From assembly GCA_951406725.2 (NCBI GenBank), contig OX597814.1:99138001-99202000 (forward strand): 64,000 nt of DNA. Direction: 5' to 3'. Below the pieces are notes generated by a model. The model had not been told where the DNA came from. It saw nothing but the letters and a program-made list of their open reading frames with translations, and ran no database searches. Position numbers and translations under genes: made by a program. Shown piece after piece: positions 57,490 through 64,000 of the stretch; the stretch's first letter is position 1, and each line of letters opens with the position of its first letter. This DNA is from Octopus vulgaris (taxonomy: Eukaryota).

Positions 57490-58345
57490 TAATAAGAAAA
57501 GGGTTCTTTTGCCTCATCTACATATAAAACTTGGCTTCATCTTTACGACAAGATGGAGAGGGCTTCAAGTACTTGCATGGCAAGTTTCCTGCTCTATCAG
57601 ACGCCAAGGTTAATGAGAGTGTATTTCTAGGACCAGATATAAAGAAATTCACCAAGGAAGAACATTTTGAAAATGGTCTATGATTCTGAAAAGGATGCGC
57701 AGATTAGTTTTAAAGATGTAATGAAGAACTTTTTGGGATCCATACTACAAAGACAAAGTGTGTAGAATGTTGGAAAAGTTCGAGCTCTTAGGATGTAAAA
57801 TGTACATTGATGTTCATTTTTTTTACATGACCTTTTGGATTTCTTTGTGGAAAATGTGGGTGATGTGAGTCAGGAATAAGGGGAATTGGTTCCATCAAGA
57901 CATAAGGGAGATGAAAGAAGATTATAAGGCAAGTTGGAATGTCAAGATGATGGTCAGCTACTGCTGGATGTTGCATCGTAAATGTCCATCAAATGCTCAC
58001 AAGCGAAAGAGTCCTGACGTAGTTTCCAACTAAAAAAGAGGAGATTTTTGTGGTTTTGAATCTAAAATGTGAAGGGAACCCTTGTGAAAATCTATTTTCT
58101 CATCTTCCATTTGTATTTGTGCCTTTTTATTTTGCCAACTAAAGTAACAAATTCATTTTTTATTATACTCATTTTGTCCTAACGTATATCGATTAACCTA
58201 CAAGTTATGGTATATTTTAGATTGAATTGTGAGAAAACCTCAGGTAACGAAAAAGAGTTTTTATGATATTTCGAATTAGTACCCACAAAATATATAAAGA
58301 AATAGAAAATTAAAATAATTATCAAAAAGTTTCAATTTCTCAGAC
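57490..58345 (+). mobile_element. Chapaev3-like (CMC superfamily) transposase 3' remnant
   Basis: VLLPHLHIKLG, DGEGFKYLHGKFPALSDAKVNESVFLGPDIKK, LGCKMYIDVHF, FHQDIREMKEDY and YCWML correspond to my recollection of the LPPLHIKLG..GERFHQDI..DYCW signature. Confidence 0.75.
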
Positions 58346-58444
58346 CTATTTATACACACGTACATTTATATATATAATATGTGTGTGTGTGTGTGTGAGT
58401 GTGTGTGTATGTGTGTGTATGTGTGCATATATGCGTGTGTATGT

Positions 58445-59035
58445 TCCTGCAAGGACGCTGCCATGAGCAAAACACAAGTTTACGAGTGGTTTCCACGCTT
58501 TAAGAATGGTTACTTGCCGCTTGAAAACCAATCTCGTCCAGGACGATCGTCAACCTCCAGAACGAATGAAAACATCCCGAAAATTCATGAACTGATCTTG
58601 GAGGACGATCGCTGAACAATTAACGAACTTGTTGATACGACTGGTGTGTCCTGGAGCTCCAGCCAACGAATTTTGAGGGAGGAATTGCGAATGAAAAGAG
58701 TTGCAGCAAAATGTGTACCTCGCTTGCTCACGGAAGATCAAAAAGCAGTCGTAAACTGAAAGAACAGTTGGAATTTGATCCGGACCTTTTTTCGAAGGTC
58801 ATCACTGGTGACGAAAGCTGGTGTTACGAAATTTGCAGATGTGGAAGAGGTGAAGAAAAACAAGGACAGATGCGTTAAAAGGCATCACTTCGCAAAAGTC
58901 CCAGTGTGGCTGCGAAACGTGGAAAACGCGCCTGGACTTCAAATTGCTTCAAATGGAGAATAATTGTAAATGTGTAAAACGAAGTAAATAAGACAATATT
59001 GCAAAATTTCGGTTTCTTTTGGGTACTCGCTGGTG
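58445..59035 (+). mobile_element. Internally deleted mariner remnant
   Basis: MSKTQVYEWFPRFKNG..SRPGRSSTS, VPRLLTEDQK and VITGDESWCY, then a jump to C-terminal FADVEEVK..ASNGE. Confidence 0.85.
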
Positions 59036-59494
59036 TATATATATAAGCACCACCAAAGTGAATAATAGCAAAACAATTAGCTGAGCAACAGCTATAAAAG
59101 TATAATATATATCAGAACAATTGAACATAGATACCAATTGAAAAGCTCTAGTGGAATTATCTCATTTATAAACTTTGCAAATCTAATAAAGCAATTAAAA
59201 AGAAATAAAAACATTCCAAGACGTACAGTGTTTTGTAGTCTTACATTTCATGTCGATATCCTATACGCCATTTTAACCATTGCCCTACACTTAATCGCCC
59301 ACCAAGCAACCGATTATAGCTGTTTCCATGGGATAGTATTGTACATTAGATGCTCACGTATTTTGTGTCAGATGAAAGAATATTTATTAGAATTTAGTAC
59401 TACTCTGCTTCTTCTCTCTCTCTCTCTCTCCCTCTGTGTGTGTGTGTGTGTGTTCGTGTTCGTGTGTGTGTGTGTGTGTGTGTGTGTGTTCGTG

Positions 59495-59527
<33 letters not shown>

Positions 59528-59660
59528 CATGCATATGGCAGTGTGTGTCTGTATATAGGACAATGTGTGTGTTTGATAGTGTATATGTATCTGTGTGTGT
59601 GTATGTATATGTGTGCTTGCAAGTGTGTACATGTGTGAGTGTGTATGTGCCTGAGTGTAT

Positions 59661-59718
<58 letters not shown>

Positions 59719-60278
59719 CTGGTCTTTTCTGGTCGAAGGTGAGAACTAATACAACCGACTTAGTTACTGACCCTCCTGAAGGTTATCACATCCGTCGGCA
59801 AATATTTCATGTACCGCTCATTTTATATTATTTTATTGTAGTTTAGTTTATTGTATTAGATTCTATTTTCGTATTTCTTTTTACTTGACCACAAATCAAT
59901 TGGCCGAACAATATTCGACACAAGAAACAAGGGATTAAAAATAAAATAAAACAAACTCAAAAACAAATTTGCAATAACGGAAACAAGTGTGTCCCGCATT
60001 TAAAAGCGGGGTATCAACACCTCACGGCACACCATGATATAGAAAAGGAAGAGATTAGGTAAAGTGAACTACAGATAAAGTATTAGTTCTCGTAGTCGTG
60101 ATAGTTGCAGCAACAGCAGAGGCTTGTTTTTAGCAAGTATATCGTGAATCTTTAAACCATGGAATAAGTATTGCTTTTCCTACGGACGTTATAAGTGGCA
60201 TTCCATCTTTCATACATTCTACATATTAGTATGCCTGTGTGTGAGTGTGAATGTTTGTGCGTGCGTGTGAGTGTGTGT

Positions 60279-60349
<71 letters not shown>

Positions 60350-60452
60350 CGTTTGCGTGTGCGTGAATCAACAAATCAGACTACACACATATGGCCTTAA
60401 GTTTCCTTATAAAGCTATTTCTTCAAGCGGAACGAATGTTTCCGCGCCTGCT

Positions 60453-60497
<45 letters not shown>

Positions 60498-60540
60498 ATC
60501 TGATATATATCTATAGCTATATCTATATATATATATATAA

Positions 60541-60623
<83 letters not shown>

Positions 60624-60788
60624 TAGATATGGATATAGATATATAATGTACTGTTCCGTGACAGAAGATTCAACAAATAAAGTACTCCATCTGGTCAGGG
60701 ATAAATATGATTATTATTTGAAGGGTACAATACATGTATTTAAGCATAACATATTAGTAGCGCTTTAATACATGCACTGTGTCCTTTA

Positions 60789-60817
<29 letters not shown>

Positions 60818-60819
<2 letters not shown>

Positions 60820-62012
60820 GCTGGAAAACTACTATAAAATAACCACCATAGGACTGCAAAAATATCTACTTCAGAAAGAAGGAAAACTGATACAAATAGC
60901 GGCAAAACACGAACAAAACAAAAACCTGTTCTCAGTTTTTAAGGAAACTGACAAATACAAACAAGAAATCATACCACCTAATAAATATGAAGAAAAAGAA
61001 GAAGAAGAAGAAGAAGAAGAAGAAGAAGAAGAAGAAGAAGAAGAAGAAGAAGAAGAAGAAGAAGAAGAAGAAGAAGCAACAAAAGCTATAAAACAAATGA
61101 AATCCAAACTAAAACTAGAACAGCAAAGAACCATGATAAAACGATGGCAAGCAAAGCCCCTTCATGGTAAATACTGGACTAAACTAAATGCAAAAGAAAT
61201 AGACAAAGAAAAATCCCAGCAATGGTTGAGAAGCTCAGGACTCAAAGCAGAGACAGAGGGATTTTTAATTGCAGCACAAGACCAAAGCCTCCCCACCAGA
61301 AATTACCAAAAACATGTAATGAAAAGAAATATAACAAGTAACTGCAGAATATGTGGAGATGGACAAGAAACAATAAATCATATTATCTCTGGGTGCCCAG
61401 TCCTGGCTAAGAAGGAATATATTCAAAGACATGACAGAGTTGAAACCTACATACACTGGAAGCTATGCCAACATTACGGAATAACAACAGAAAAAAGATG
61501 GTATAGGCGCACACACCAGAAAAGGTCACAGAAAACGAGAAAGCAACCATACTCTGGGATATGCCGATACACACAGATAGAGAAATTAAGGCCAACAGAC
61601 CAGATATAGTTGTCAGAGATCATGAAGAAAAAAATACTTTCTAATTGATGTATCAATACCGGCAGATGACAAAGTGTCTCTAAAAGAAATGGAGAAACTT
61701 TCAAAATACAAAAACCTGGAAATAGAGGTAACCAGAATGTGGAATCTAAAAACAGAAACAATTCCTATCATAGTAGGTGCATTAGGCATGTTAAAAAAAA
61801 ATATTCAGACAAATACATAACAAAAACACCAGGACTTACAAACACATATAACGTATAGAAAATTGCACTACTAGGCACTGCACACATCCTACGCAGAACA
61901 CTTTCCATACAATAACCATCAGAGCACCACAACAAATCACAGCACATATCCAAGGCACACAGAGCTGCGCTCGGTAGTGGAGTGAAAGCACGCTATAAAA
62001 ATAAAACTACTG
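60818..62012 (+). mobile_element. 5'-truncated R4/Dong-clade non-LTR retrotransposon (restriction-like endonuclease) inserted in (TAA)n
   Basis: WQAKPLHGKY, LKAETEGFLIAAQDQSL, CCHC finger CRICGDGQETINHIISGC, RHD, then after frameshifts NRPDIVV..LIDVSIP..KLSKY..PIIVGALG. (TAA)n on both sides (60789-60817 and 62013-62075). Confidence 0.92.
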
Positions 62013-62037
62013 AATAATAATAATAATAATCATAATC

Positions 62038-62128
<91 letters not shown>

Positions 62129-62302
62129 ATATATATATTATATATATATGGCAAAAGGTTTGGAAAAGATATGAAGATTAAAATGTTAGTATTAAATGTT
62201 CAAATATATACGTTGTATATACTTGAATCGCTGTATATAATTTGTGGAGCATAACAATTTCAATTTTTTTTAAATGTTCAGAACTTTTGGCCACATCTGT
62301 AA

Positions 62303-62383
<81 letters not shown>

Positions 62384-62439
62384 CTTACCTGTCTGTCTGT
62401 CTGTCTGTCTCTGTGTGTCTGTCTGTGTGTCTGTCTGTG

Positions 62440-62473
<34 letters not shown>

Positions 62474-62531
62474 TCTATCTATCCATCTACCTACCTACCT
62501 GTCTGTCTGTCTGTCTTTCTGTGTGTCTGTG

Positions 62532-62608
<77 letters not shown>

Positions 62609-62741
62609 GTGTGTGTATATAAAAACATATGTGTATATATATATATATATATATACATATATAAAAAGAGATAGATAAATAAATAGATACGTAGATAATG
62701 TGGTTTTGAGTATGTGGTGTATATATATATGTGTGTGTATG

Positions 62742-62776
<35 letters not shown>

Positions 62777-62842
62777 AAACCACACTACATACATCTATCT
62801 ACCTATCTAAGGTAGATAGATAAATATATGTAGGGTGGTTTT

Positions 62843-62932
<90 letters not shown>

Positions 62933-63285
62933 ACGTATGTATAAGTAAGCATGTAAGCTTGTATATGTATGTATATATATACATATTTTCATAAATAAAT
63001 TTTTCTGTCGGAATGCATTGAGAGCAAAGATCACTTTGGCTATGTGTTAATCTGAAAAAGTAGCAGGACAAAACACCTGTTTTAATTGCGGCTTTAATAC
63101 TGTCATTGATGTCGGTCCGATTTGAAGGAACACTTTCCCATAGAAACGGCAGTCAAGTGAGCTGTGCGCTACGGGGGACCAGAAGCGATGAAAAGATTCT
63201 TTTGCCAGCTGAACCGACACATATCACATACACACATACACATACGCTTATAAACATGTTCACATGCACGCACGAAAGCGCGGGT

Positions 63286-63325
<40 letters not shown>

Positions 63326-63379
63326 ACACACACAATACAGAGACACACACACACAGAGACACACACACACACAGACGCA

Positions 63380-63429
<50 letters not shown>

Positions 63430-63497
63430 CACAAACAAGCAAACACATATGCGTGGATATACCTGCAAAAATAGGAAGTTTCGTATATATTTGTTTT

Positions 63498-63870
63498 TAA
63501 TCTTGGCACAAAGCCAGCAAGTTCACGATGGTGGTGGTGGTGGTGGTGGTGGGGAGATGGGTAAGTCGATTGTATCGCCCTCAAAAATGAAAATGAAAGA
63601 CAAAGTTGACCACGGCGGAATTTGAACTCAGAACGTATCGACGGACGAAATGTCGCTAAGCATTTTGCCTACTGAGCAAACGATTCTGCCAGCTTGCGAC
63701 CTAAAGCATCCTATATATTTGCAGGCGGCGAGCCAGCAGAATCGTTGGCACGCCGGACAAAATGCTTAGCAGCAATTCGTCCGTCTTCATGTTCTGAGTT
63801 GAGTACGGGAGTCGATGTAATCGACTATCTCCCTCCCCACAAATTTCAGGTCTTGGGCCTAAAATAGAAG
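63498..63870. mobile_element. Head-to-head pair of family-B SINEs
   Basis: Minus copy about 63498-63700 and plus copy about 63724-63870 (GGCGGCGAGCCAGCAGAATCGTTGGCACGCCGGACAAAATGCTTAGC). Confidence 0.8.
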
Positions 63871-63931
63871 GTTTATTAGTAGTGCTTTACTCAACACACC
63901 AGCAGACTAAATGACATTATACATACATACA

Positions 63932-63977
<46 letters not shown>

Positions 63978-64000
63978 TATATATATATAGATAGATAGAT

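Overview
Repeat-saturated, AT-rich eukaryotic DNA, probably intergenic or intronic. The SINE families and extreme microsatellite load suggest an octopus/coleoid cephalopod genome (inference). I found no host protein-coding exon; most ORFs in the track are translated microsatellites. Recognisable content: (1) three head-to-tail Tx1/L1-clade LINE copies embedded in (GATA)n at 4.6-10.6 kb, then an ORF1-only element with a related 3' tail; (2) RTE, R4/Dong, L2/CR1-group and Tx1-endonuclease remnants; (3) a full-length but defective mariner, two mariner remnants, a MITE, a Chapaev3-like remnant and a Helentron-like element; (4) many tRNA-type SINEs, one family with a 3' tail matching the Tx1 LINE 3' end; (5) Penelope-like element (PLE) pieces and short microsatellite-flanked elements that carry about 15 minimal type I hammerhead ribozyme motifs from about ten unrelated sequence families. 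Several ribozyme families share non-canonical cores (U at A6, C at U4, U3-A8 swap). All alignments and folds were done by eye, and boundaries are approximate unless TIRs or junctions are quoted.
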